A stretch of DNA of 61,713 bases, filler included. It is 8 parts of 8 records of this genome, joined end to end, with 100 filler letters (N's around TTAATTAATTAA, not from the genome) between each part and the next. Parts side by side here need not be neighbours in the genome. Positions count along the whole stretch, not along the records: positions 38,009 to 46,406 come from SRR31156797_37839; positions 46,507 to 55,704 come from SRR31156797_37844; 6 more parts are not named here. The stretch is one strand, 5' to 3'. The notes under the pieces were generated by a model. It was given only the letters and a program-made list of their open reading frames with translations. It had not been told where the DNA came from and did not search any database. The translations under genes were made by a program, and so were the position numbers. Of the stretch, positions 40,472 through 49,845 are shown piece after piece; within the stretch, counting starts at the first letter, position 1; each line of letters begins with the position of its first letter.

Positions 40472-41593
40472 ATGAAACAATTCAAACAATCAGGCTATAT
40501 TGATGGAAAATTTGAAAAAAGTCTTCCATTTTTTATGTATGCACAAAATAACAATATTTGTGCTTTTAATAATATTAAAAGAGATATGAATAATAGTGGT
40601 ATATTTAATATAAATATAAGTAATGTAGATGCTTCAAGGTTAATGAGCTTTAGAGGATTGATTTTTCCTATTCATTTATCTAATAAAGGAGATAAAAAAG
40701 ATTTTTTTTTAAAGTTTCAAAGATTTTTAAAAAAAGTTAAAAAACAAAGAAATTTTATAACTCTTGTGAATGGATACTTGGAGAAAAATGGTTATGAATA
40801 CTTGAAACTTAACCCTAATAAAACATCAAGGTCATCATATCTAATATTTGAAATAGATCAAAAAGTATATTTGGAATTATTGAAAGATTTATATTATATG
40901 ACAAAAATTTTAGATGCTAAAAATGAGGTACTAGAGATACAAGAGGTAAAGAAGTTTGATGTTAAGTCTTATACAGAGTTTCTTGAAGAGGTTTATACAA
41001 AAGTAAAGCTATTAAAATATGATATTTTTCCTTTTGAGTTAGTGTATATATATGAAAATGTGATTGGTCATGGTAAGAATATGTTTGAATATAACGAGGA
41101 ATTAAAACCATATAAACTTAGTAGATATAATTTTCAAAAATATTTTCAACCAAAAAAAGATATTCAAATATCTAAGTTAAACAAAATAGAGTTTGAGATC
41201 ATAGAGTATGGTTGGATAGACTTAAAGTTAAAATTTGATGATAATGAAGAGCTAGTCATAAACTGTTCAAGTGTATATGATCCATTTTTAAATATCTATA
41301 AATGGTTAGAGCTTATAAAATATGACAACCAAAACCATATCTTAGAGATTGATGAAGAGAGAAGTGTAGCTACATTTGAAGTATTTTGTTTTGATGAGTA
41401 TTTGTATCTAACTTTTTTTTATAGATGGGAGAAAGATACCATATTTGAGGGTGTCTTAAAAAGAGATGAGTTTATAGATTATTTTTTTAATAGTTTAAAA
41501 TCATTTATCCAAAAAAATTTTGCAAAATATGATGATGATTATTTTTGGCAAGATGATATACAGCTATTAAAATCTAAGTTTACAAAAGAATAG
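40472..41593 (+). CDS. Hypothetical protein
   Basis: 373-aa AT-rich ORF with an AAGG RBS. No family recognised. Confidence 0.7.
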   Translation: MKQFKQSGYIDGKFEKSLPFFMYAQNNNICAFNNIKRDMNNSGIFNINISNVDASRLMSFRGLIFPIHLSNKGDKKDFFLKFQRFLKKVKKQRNFITLVNGYLEKNGYEYLKLNPNKTSRSSYLIFEIDQKVYLELLKDLYYMTKILDAKNEVLEIQEVKKFDVKSYTEFLEEVYTKVKLLKYDIFPFELVYIYENVIGHGKNMFEYNEELKPYKLSRYNFQKYFQPKKDIQISKLNKIEFEIIEYGWIDLKLKFDDNEELVINCSSVYDPFLNIYKWLELIKYDNQNHILEIDEERSVATFEVFCFDEYLYLTFFYRWEKDTIFEGVLKRDEFIDYFFNSLKSFIQKNFAKYDDDYFWQDDIQLLKSKFTKE

Positions 41594-41595
41594 TA

Positions 41596-41760
41596 ATGGA
41601 AAATTTAACTTTTTTTATTTTGATCATCTATCTTTTGGCATTATATAGAGTATTTACTAGAAAATTAGAGTTTTGTATTTTTTCTTTTATTGAAACAGGA
41701 ATTTTAACAGTTGTTATAATATTTGGTACTATTTTTTTATTTGGGATATCCGTTAAATAA
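41596..41760 (+). CDS. Small two-TM membrane protein (54 aa; not in ORF track)
   Basis: MENLTFFILIIYLLALYRVFTRKLEFCIFSFIETGILTVVIIFGTIFLFGISVK*, starting 2 nt after the upstream stop. Confidence 0.5.
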   Translation: MENLTFFILIIYLLALYRVFTRKLEFCIFSFIETGILTVVIIFGTIFLFGISVK

Positions 41761-41824
41761 CACATTCTATATCAAACTTATTTTTTGATATAATCTAGAC
41801 TTACAATACAAATATAGGAATATT

Positions 41825-42986
41825 ATGGCAAACGACAATCTTACCAATGCAAAAAGAGCAAAAAATGATGAATTTTATACACAATGGGAAGATATACAAA
41901 AAGAGATGTCGGCATATCTAGAGTACAATGAAAATGTTTTTAAAAGATAAAACTATCCTTTTGCCTTGTGATGATCCTGAGTGGAGCAATTTTACAAGAT
42001 TTTTTGCTCAAAACTTTGAAAGGTTTGGGTTAAAAAAACTTATCAGTACAAGCTATGCAGTTGAAAGTAAAAACTATGAAACGATGTATCAGCCTACACT
42101 TTTTGAAACAAATAATCCACAGTATGATGAAATAAAAACTACAAAAAATGGAAAGATATTTATCCTAGATCATGACGCTACAAATGATGGAAAAATAGAT
42201 ATCGATGATCTTGAATGGCACTATTTAGAGGGTGATGGTGACTTTAAAAGTGATGAGATAAAAGCTTTAAGAGATGAAGCGGATATTATTATCACTAATC
42301 CGCCGTTTTCATTGTTTAAAGAATTTCTACCTTGGATAATGGAAGCAAATAAAAAGTTTGTAGTAATTGGAAATATGAATTTTATAGATTTAAAAGAGCT
42401 ATTTCAGTACATAAAAGAAGATAAAGTTTGGCTTGGCAATGGATTTCATGCAGGTAATGCTTATTTTGCGACACCTTTTGAAAAAGAGTATGCAGAAGGT
42501 GTTTATAACCCTGAAACTGGTTTAGTAAAATTCAGAAATTGCTGTTGGTATACAAATCTTGATCATGGAAGAAGACATCAACCTTTACAACTAATGTCAA
42601 TGTGTGATAATCTTAAATATCATAAAAAAATCATGAAAGATAAAAGTAACGGTAAAGAGCCTTATGCTCAATATCAAAACTACGATGCAATAGAAGTACC
42701 GTATACTGATGCAATTCCAAATGATTATGATGGTGTAATGGGAGTACCTATTAGTTTTTTAAATAAATATTCACCTGAACAATTTGAAATTGTCGGTATG
42801 TGTGAAAACTTAGACTTATATGATTTAAAAACTAAACTTTATACAAAAGATGAATGTAAACAGGCATATATGGAAAAGTTTGGTAAAAAAGGAACATATG
42901 ATCTAAATGCTAGTGGTGTACTATTTCGTAATGGTATTTTGGAAAAAGTTTACACAAGAGTACTTATAAAACATAGGAATATATAA
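41825..42986 (+). pseudogene. EcoRI-family adenine methyltransferase, frameshifted at about 41942-41945
   Basis: 41825-41950 encodes MANDNLTNAKRAKNDEFYTQ...YLEYNENVFKR*. The conserved continuation DKTILLPCDDPEWSNF...IITNPPFSLF lies in the +1 frame, after one extra A in TTTTTAAAA. Confidence 0.82.
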
Positions 42987-42987
42987 A

Positions 42988-44148
42988 ATGGTAACAACAC
43001 TTAAAACTGATATAACCGTAGAAAAACTTTGCGATGGATTTATATATAATGAGCTAGAGGGCAAAGGTCTATTTGGATTATCAGGAACATTAACTATTCA
43101 GCCAGAGTACCAAAGAAACTATATCTATGCAGATGGAAAAAAAGATGTTGCAGTGATAGAATCTATACTAAAAGGGTATCCTTTAGGTTTAATCTACTTT
43201 AATAAAGTAAGTAATGATAACTTAGAAGTGCTAGATGGACAGCAAAGAATCACAAGTATTGGAAGATATGTTACTAATAAATTTGCTATTAACCATGAGA
43301 GCAATATGCAATATTTTGATGGTCTAGCACTTGATAAACAAAAAAAGATTCTTGAAACTTCATTGCTTATCTATGAGTGTGAGGGTGAAGAGAGTGAAAT
43401 AAAAGAGTGGTTTAAGACTATCAATATTGCAGGAATACCACTCAATAATCAAGAGCTTTTAAATGCTGTATATTCAGGAACTTTTGTCACACTTTGTAAG
43501 GAGGAGTTTAGCAACTCCCAAAATGCCAATATCCAAAAATGGAGCGCCTATATAAGAGGTAGTGCAAATAGACAGGAGTTTTTAGAGAGAGCTTTAGAGT
43601 GGGTAAGTAAAGGTAATATCGGTGAGTATATGAGCCGTCATCGAAATGATGATAATATCACTGAACTAAAAAACTATTTTAACAGTGTGATCGACTGGGT
43701 TTCAACTGTTTTTACAGATGTAGAAAAAGAGATGTGTGGATTAGAGTGGGGAAGACTATATGAAGAGTATCACAAAAAAGCATATAGCCCTGCTACTGTA
43801 TCAAGTGAAGTTCAAAAGCTCTATGGTGACCCATATGTAAAAAATAGAAAAGGTGTATTTGAGTATATCCTTGGCGGGATGATTGATACAAAACTACTAG
43901 ATGTAAGAGTATTTGATGAAGCAACAAAAAAATCAATCTATAAAAAACAAACAGATAAAGCTAAAACTAAAGGTGAATCAAACTGTCCACTTTGTGCTAT
44001 TGGTCATGATGCAAATAAGTCTAAAATATGGACTTTAAAAGAGATGGATGCAGATCATGTCACAGCTTGGAGTAAAGGTGGTGTAACAGACTCTAAAAAT
44101 TGTCAAATGTTATGCAAAACTCATAATAGGGCTAAAGGTAATAAGTAA
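42988..44148 (+). CDS. DUF262 (GmrS-like) plus HNH nuclease
   Basis: DUF262 motifs [17 protein letters not shown] and FKTIN. HNH motif CPLC...[12 protein letters not shown]...[10 protein letters not shown]. Confidence 0.9.
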   Translation: MVTTLKTDITVEKLCDGFIYNELEGKGLFGLSGTLTIQPEYQRNYIYADGKKDVAVIESILKGYPLGLIYFNKVSNDNLEVLDGQQRITSIGRYVTNKFAINHESNMQYFDGLALDKQKKILETSLLIYECEGEESEIKEWFKTINIAGIPLNNQELLNAVYSGTFVTLCKEEFSNSQNANIQKWSAYIRGSANRQEFLERALEWVSKGNIGEYMSRHRNDDNITELKNYFNSVIDWVSTVFTDVEKEMCGLEWGRLYEEYHKKAYSPATVSSEVQKLYGDPYVKNRKGVFEYILGGMIDTKLLDVRVFDEATKKSIYKKQTDKAKTKGESNCPLCAIGHDANKSKIWTLKEMDADHVTAWSKGGVTDSKNCQMLCKTHNRAKGNK

Positions 44149-44150
44149 TC

Positions 44151-45236
44151 ATGGATAGTATATTGAATCAAAATGAATATAAAAATTTTATTCTTGAAGT
44201 TGCCACAAAAATCAAACAAACGCAAGTAAAATTAGCAGTTACTGTTAATAGTAAGCTGCTTCATTTTTATTTTGAACTTGGTGGTATGATAAGCCTAAAA
44301 CAAAAAGATTCAAAATGGGGAAGTAAGTTTATAGAATCTATGGCAAAAGATATTAAAAAAGAGTTTCCTGATCTTAAAGGGTTTTCAAGAACTAATCTTT
44401 TTAGTATGAAAAAGTTTTATGAGTTTTACTCCCCTTATTTAGTTCACCGAGATGGTGGACTAATTGAAAATAAGGAACAACAAATAGTCCAACTCTGTGG
44501 TGGACTAATGGAAGATGTACTATTTTCAATACCTTGGCGGCACCATGTAGAAATATTAAATAAAGTGGACTTCATAGATGAAGCAATTTATTATATAAAG
44601 CAAACAATTAAACATAATTGGAGTCGTGACACTTTGGCGATAAATTTAAAATCAAATCTTTACCAAAGAGATAGTAGTGGAGTCAATAACTTTGAAAATA
44701 CTTTGCCACAGCCTCTTTCGGATCTTGCTATACAAACGATAAAAGATCCTTATGTATTTGATTTTCTTACATTTGATAAACCTTTTGTAGAGAAAGATAT
44801 TGAAAATAAACTTATAGATAATATCACAAAATTTTTGCTTGAACTGGGCAAAGGTTTTGCTTATGTAGGAAAACAGTATCACTTAGAAATTGCAGGAGTT
44901 GATAGATATATAGATCTACTTTTTTACCATATTGATCTAAAATGTTATGTGGTGATAGAGCTTAAAAATAAAAAGTTTATCCCTGAATATGCCGGGAAAT
45001 TAAATTTTTATATTTCGGCGGTTGATAGTCTTCTGAAAAAAGAAAATGATAATCCCACCATTGGGATACTTCTTTGTCGAGATAAAAATAACATAGAAGC
45101 AGAATTTGCTCTAAGAGATATCAATAAGCCTATGGGTGTCAGTGAATTTGAGCTTACCGAAGTATTGCCTGATAATCTTAAAAATTCATTACCTACTATT
45201 GAAGAGTTTGAAGCAGAACTTAGAGAGTTACTTTAA
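44151..45236 (+). CDS. yhcG: DUF1016 / YhcG PD-(D/E)xK nuclease family
   Basis: Motifs GFSRTNL, WRHH, KDPYVFDFL, LLELGKGFAY, IDLLFYH...YVVIELK and GKLNFY. Confidence 0.92.
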   Translation: MDSILNQNEYKNFILEVATKIKQTQVKLAVTVNSKLLHFYFELGGMISLKQKDSKWGSKFIESMAKDIKKEFPDLKGFSRTNLFSMKKFYEFYSPYLVHRDGGLIENKEQQIVQLCGGLMEDVLFSIPWRHHVEILNKVDFIDEAIYYIKQTIKHNWSRDTLAINLKSNLYQRDSSGVNNFENTLPQPLSDLAIQTIKDPYVFDFLTFDKPFVEKDIENKLIDNITKFLLELGKGFAYVGKQYHLEIAGVDRYIDLLFYHIDLKCYVVIELKNKKFIPEYAGKLNFYISAVDSLLKKENDNPTIGILLCRDKNNIEAEFALRDINKPMGVSEFELTEVLPDNLKNSLPTIEEFEAELRELL

Positions 45237-45344
45237 TACTGTAAATAAAAATAATGATTCTGAAAATTTTTAAAAAAATTTAGAGTATAAATCAATCAAA
45301 ATTTTTGTATAATTGCATAAATTTATAATAAAAGTAGGGTAACT

Positions 45345-46406
45345 ATGGAAAAACAAGGTATTTTGATCATTGGAGCAGGTGGAGTGAGTACTGTTGCAAC
45401 AGTAAAATGTGCAATGAATATAGATACATTTAAAAAGATCACATTAGCAAGTAGAACTGTGAGTAAATGTGAAGTGATCGCAAAAACAGTAAAAGAAAAA
45501 ACAGGTGTAGATATAGATGTATGCTCTATTGATGCGGATGATGTAGATGCACTTATTGCTTTAATAAAAGAGCTTAATCCAAAAGTAGTATTAAATGTAG
45601 CACTTCCATATCAAGACTTAACGATCATGGATGCATGTTCAGCAACAGATACACACTATATAGATACAGCAAACTATGAACATCCAGACGAAGCAAAGTT
45701 TGAGTACAAAGAACAATGGGCTAGAAATGACAACTTTGAATCAAAAAATCTTACAGCACTTTTAGGAAGTGGATTTGATCCAGGAGTTACTGGAGTATTT
45801 GTAAAATATATAGAAGAGAACTATCTTGATACAATTGAGTTTATTGATATCATGGATTGTAATGCAGGAGATCATGGATACCCATTTGCTACAAACTTTA
45901 ACCCAGAGATCAACCTAAGAGAAGTAAGTGCTAATGGTAGATATTGGGAAAATGGTGAATGGATCGAGACAAAACCACTTGAAATAAGAGTAGACTGGGA
46001 TTATCCTGAAGTTGGAGTGAAACCATCATATCTTTTGTATCATGAAGAGCTAGAATCATTATCTAAAAATATTAAAGGACTTAAAAGGATAAGATTCTTT
46101 ATGACCTTTGGAGATAGTTATATCCAACATATGAACTGTTTACAAAATGTAGGGATGCTAGGGATTGAACCAGTTGAGCATCAAGGGCAAAAGATTATTC
46201 CAATAGAGTTTTTAAAGACACTTTTACCAGATCCAGCAAGTTTAGGACCAAGAACAAAAGGGCTTACAAATATTGGATGTATCTGTGAAGGTTTAAAAGA
46301 TGGTGTAAGAAAAAAATATTATATCTATAATATTTGTGATCATCAAGAGTGTTATAGAGAAACTACAGCACAAGCTGTAAGTTATACTACAGGAGTTCCT
46401 GCAATG
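45345..46406 (+). CDS. Saccharopine dehydrogenase-family carboxy(nor)spermidine synthase (3' end cut)
   Basis: Motifs IIGAGGV, NVALPYQD, GSGFDPG, FATNFNPEINLRE and QAVSYTTGVPAM. Confidence 0.9.
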
Positions 46407-46506
46407 NNNNNNNNNNNNNNNNNNNNNNNNNNNNNNNNNNNNNNNNNNNNTTAATTAATTAANNNNNNNNNNNNNNNNNNNNNNNNNNNNNNNNNNNNNN
46501 NNNNNN
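46407..46506. other. Artificial contig linker
   Basis: N44-TTAATTAATTAA-N44. Confidence 0.98.
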
Positions 46507-46538
46507 GGTTGCGTGTTCGAGTCGCGTCTCCCCTGCCA
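46507..46538 (+). tRNA. tRNA 3' end (probably tRNA-Trp), partial
   Basis: T-arm GCGTG-TTCGAGT-CGCGT, then CTCCCCT-G-CCA. The acceptor and discriminator match bacterial tRNA-Trp, but the anticodon is not in the window. Confidence 0.75.
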
Positions 46539-46542
46539 AGCT

Positions 46543-46571
46543 AAGACGTATCTGTATAGGTACGTCTTTTT
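46543..46571 (+). terminator. Intrinsic terminator after tRNA
   Basis: AAGACGTATCT-GTAT-AGGTACGTCTT followed by a T-run. Confidence 0.75.
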
Positions 46572-46595
46572 ACTTTTTTTTACTATGTTAAAAAT

Positions 46596-46630
46596 AAAAG
46601 AACGCACCACTAGAAGAGGTGCGTTTTGTT
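46596..46630 (-). terminator. Intrinsic terminator for the nfeD-flotillin operon
   Basis: AACGCACC...GGTGCGTT stem with a flanking A/T-rich tract. Confidence 0.6.
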
Positions 46631-46665
46631 TAATAATACTGATATTGATAATCCTAGTAATTTAA

Positions 46666-48102
46666 TTATTTATCTATCTCATCATTATTTTCTTGAATTG
46701 AAGTCTCCTCTATAGATTTTGTCTCAACCTCCACAGTAGGTACATCTTCACTTTTTTCTTTACCTAGGAAAGTTGGCAACTCCATACCAGCCATATCGAA
46801 TAGCTCATTCATCGGAGGAATAGATTTAGCCATGCCTGACAAGAAATTTGCAGTAGCTGGAGTACCATCTTTACCGCCCATTGAATCCCATACTGTTACT
46901 TTATCAATTTTTAAGTTCTTAATGGCTTCTACCTGTACTTTCACCAAATCTTCCAGCTTATCAGCAACAATCAGCTTTACGGCTTGATCAGCATCTCCGC
47001 CTGCAGCACTTACGATTTCTTTGAAACCTTCAGCTTGTTTCAAGAGGATCTCTTGCATACCACGAGCCTGAGCTTCCATTTTTGCAAATACTGCATCAGC
47101 TTCACCTTTTGCCATCAATCTTGTCTTCTCAGCTTCTGCGGCAGCTGCAATCTCGGCACGACGCTTTGATATCTGAGCTGCAACTATGATGTCGGCTTCC
47201 TTTGTAGCCATATCACGCTCTGCTCTGGCAGTCTCTGATACCTGCTCTGCTTTATATGATTCTTCTTTTGCTCTAGCAGTCTGGACACGTTCAGCGGCAA
47301 TTGCCTGACGCTCTGCTTCGGCTAGCTTTTCTCGACGATTAGCCTCTGAATTAGCAACTGTGATTTTTGCCATGTTTTCACCTTCTACTGCTTTTGCATT
47401 AGCTTGCGCAACACGGATACGCTGATCCTGTAGGGCGATAGCTTCACCGATCGAACCATCTCTTGTTTTTTCTGCAACACTTTTTTTAGCATCGTTTATA
47501 GCCTTTGCAGCAGCTTCTTTACCCAGCGCTTCGATATATCCAGATTCATCCTTGATATCTGTAACATTAACGTTGATAAGACGCAGACCAATTTTCTTTA
47601 GTTCTGATTCCACGTTTCTGGATACTGCAGCTAGGAATTTGTCACGGTCAGTATTAATTTCCTCAATATCCATTGTGGCAACGACCAGACGAAGCTGACC
47701 AAATATTATATCCTTTGCTAATTCCTCTATTTCAACTTGCTTCAATCCTAATAGACGCTCTGCTGCATTCTGCATAATGCCAGTTTCAGTTGATACACCA
47801 ACGGTAAAACGTGATGGTACGTCAATACGTATGTTTTGCTTACTCAATGCGTTTGTTAGATTTACATTGATAGAGATTGGTGTCAGGTTTAGGAATTCAT
47901 AATGTTGAACGATAGGCCATATAAATGCAGCACCACCGTGGATACACTTTGCACTCTTTCTCTCACCACCTTGTGTTTTGCCAACTTTACCGTAGATAAC
48001 TAATATTTTATCTGATGGGCATTTCTTATACCTTGATAAAAGTGATAAAAATGTACCTAATAAAAGTATAACTATAACTACTATTAATGCTAATTCGTCC
48101 AT
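46666..48102 (-). CDS. Flotillin / SPFH-domain protein
   Basis: N-terminal TM, then RYKKCPSDKILVIYG, GGAAFIWP, an SPFH domain and an Ala/Glu coiled coil. Confidence 0.92.
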   Translation of the reverse strand: MDELALIVVIVILLLGTFLSLLSRYKKCPSDKILVIYGKVGKTQGGERKSAKCIHGGAAFIWPIVQHYEFLNLTPISINVNLTNALSKQNIRIDVPSRFTVGVSTETGIMQNAAERLLGLKQVEIEELAKDIIFGQLRLVVATMDIEEINTDRDKFLAAVSRNVESELKKIGLRLINVNVTDIKDESGYIEALGKEAAAKAINDAKKSVAEKTRDGSIGEAIALQDQRIRVAQANAKAVEGENMAKITVANSEANRREKLAEAERQAIAAERVQTARAKEESYKAEQVSETARAERDMATKEADIIVAAQISKRRAEIAAAAEAEKTRLMAKGEADAVFAKMEAQARGMQEILLKQAEGFKEIVSAAGGDADQAVKLIVADKLEDLVKVQVEAIKNLKIDKVTVWDSMGGKDGTPATANFLSGMAKSIPPMNELFDMAGMELPTFLGKEKSEDVPTVEVETKSIEETSIQENNDEIDK

Positions 48103-48129
48103 ATATTTGCCTCTTCTTTCATTTGTTTG

Positions 48130-48789
48130 TTATTTATTTTCTTTTACAGATGAAACGAGTAGAATTGAAGTTCCTAGTACACCTACTACATCAACCATTT
48201 CACCTGTCGAATGTTCCTTTTTATCCTTGGCAGTAGCATTAGCTTCTACTAATCTGTCCTGTATTATTACCTGTACCTTGCCCTTATAATTGTTTTCTTC
48301 TAGCAATGGTATATATATTTCTGCTGTTTGACCTATAGCATTCTTGTAATCAATATTTCCGCTTGATTGGAGTCGGGCAGTTGCATAGAACAAGTATCCG
48401 ATTATTAGCATAGCAAGTAATCCGGCTGCAACTGAAATAAATATTGCTAAAGCTGTATTAACACCATTACCGATTAACACTATACCAGTCCATGGAAACA
48501 CGGTTAGGAATGCGATAACAGTCCTAAATGAAACAAAACGGTAATCCATATTGTCAAAATCCGAGTCAGTATCTGTATCTATATTACCATCAAATTCTTC
48601 ATCGAAATCAAAATCAACATCTCCGTCAAAGTCAATATCCCCATCAGCGTCATTTATATCAATATCACTGTCACCAGTTAAACCTAATACAGATAATATG
48701 AATTGAATAATTAAAACCATGGTAGCAGGTATAGCAATATAATAAAAAAACTGTTCCAAACTACTTAAAGTATCCCACCATATGTTCAT
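48130..48789 (-). CDS. NfeD-like membrane partner of flotillin
   Basis: TM, Asp-rich linker, TMs, then a C-terminal OB fold (IGQTAEIYIP...GKVQV). Confidence 0.85.
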   Translation of the reverse strand: MNIWWDTLSSLEQFFYYIAIPATMVLIIQFILSVLGLTGDSDIDINDADGDIDFDGDVDFDFDEEFDGNIDTDTDSDFDNMDYRFVSFRTVIAFLTVFPWTGIVLIGNGVNTALAIFISVAAGLLAMLIIGYLFYATARLQSSGNIDYKNAIGQTAEIYIPLLEENNYKGKVQVIIQDRLVEANATAKDKKEHSTGEMVDVVGVLGTSILLVSSVKENK

Positions 48790-48967
48790 GAAAATCTCCT
48801 TACTTCTTGTTCAATATTTCGTGTGTTTTTGTAAAAACCACTACAAATCTATGTATATTAATTTAGTATACATTATATCATGGTAAAAAGTGACTTTCAA
48901 TTCTCATATGTATTTATATATGATTAAATATACATTAATATATTTATTAGCCAATTTTAGTATATAC

Positions 48968-48996
48968 TCATTATTGTATAGCTCTTTGCATATAGT
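48968..48996 (+). promoter_or_regulatory. Putative sigma-E promoter of yabP
   Basis: TCATTAT-N14-CATATAGT matches the sporulation sigma-E consensus. Confidence 0.55.
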
Positions 48997-49040
48997 TATT
49001 TAGTAAGTATAAACTTATGCAAGCCAAAGGGGGAAATACT

Positions 49041-49328
49041 ATGACATACCTGCAAACTACAAACACACGAACAAAAAACCATAGCTTACGCTTAGAGTAT
49101 AGAGAGAAGGCATATGTTTCTGGAGTGGATGATGTAGAGAGCTTTAACGACAGCTCTGTTCATATGATTACATCTGCTGGTAAATTAGTGCTGGAGGGTG
49201 TTGATCTGCATATTACCAGCTTGAATCTGGATGAAGGTCAGGTAATTGTTGAGGGCATGATAACATCCAGCAGATATGAAGATGATGCAGTAGAAAAAGG
49301 TTCACTATTTTCATCAATATTTAAGTAA
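49041..49328 (+). CDS. yabP: Sporulation protein YabP
   Basis: H.L.LE.RE...VSGVDDVESF...T..G.L...G..LHI..LNLDEG pattern. Confidence 0.88.
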   Translation: MTYLQTTNTRTKNHSLRLEYREKAYVSGVDDVESFNDSSVHMITSAGKLVLEGVDLHITSLNLDEGQVIVEGMITSSRYEDDAVEKGSLFSSIFK

Positions 49329-49679
49329 ATGCTGCTGCTCAACCAAGAGATACTAGTAATATTATTGCATGTAACATGCGGAATCTACTTTGGCATAATG
49401 AAAAGCCTGGTGGATTTGCTGATGCTGCTTAGTAAGAGACTTTTTTACAGAGTGTTGGTTGATGCTGCCTTTATTATTGCTTCTGGTTCGCTGTTTCTTT
49501 ATGTTATGTATATTACTACTGACTTTAATATTCAATTTGTGGACGTTCTTCTTATTCTCCTTGGCTTTATATTATATACAACAGGTCCAATGAAGCTTAT
49601 AAAGGGAATCAAAAGTGCTGTAATAGAAAAAATAGTTAGAGTCAAAAAAACAAAAATCTACAAATTTCTTTTTAAATAA
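49329..49679 (+). CDS. yabQ: Spore cortex protein YabQ-like
   Basis: Hydrophobic three-TM protein immediately after yabP. Confidence 0.65.
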   Translation: MLLLNQEILVILLHVTCGIYFGIMKSLVDLLMLLSKRLFYRVLVDAAFIIASGSLFLYVMYITTDFNIQFVDVLLILLGFILYTTGPMKLIKGIKSAVIEKIVRVKKTKIYKFLFK

Positions 49680-49801
49680 TTATATAAAGTTTATGTGTAT
49701 TACTGAAAAAGCTGGAATATGCTTCTAATCTTTAATGCCTAATATATTTAAGAACAATATTATACAATCCATAATTTGAACATTGATTTTCTTAAGTAAG
49801 T

Positions 49802-49834
49802 ACAGCACCGATGCAGCAATTATATCAGTGCTGT
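49802..49834. terminator. Hairpin between convergent yabQ and RND genes
   Basis: ACAGCACCGAT...ATCAGTGCTGT. Confidence 0.55.
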
Positions 49835-49845
49835 GTTTGTATTAA

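Noticed and set aside
12591..46406. Agmatine deiminase plus carboxynorspermidine synthase as one polyamine pathway locus
   Set aside because: They are separated by several linkers and belong to different organisms.
48550..48675. Asp-rich low-complexity tract in the NfeD-like gene as a novel repeat
   Set aside because: Acidic linkers are a common feature of flotillin-associated NfeD-like proteins.
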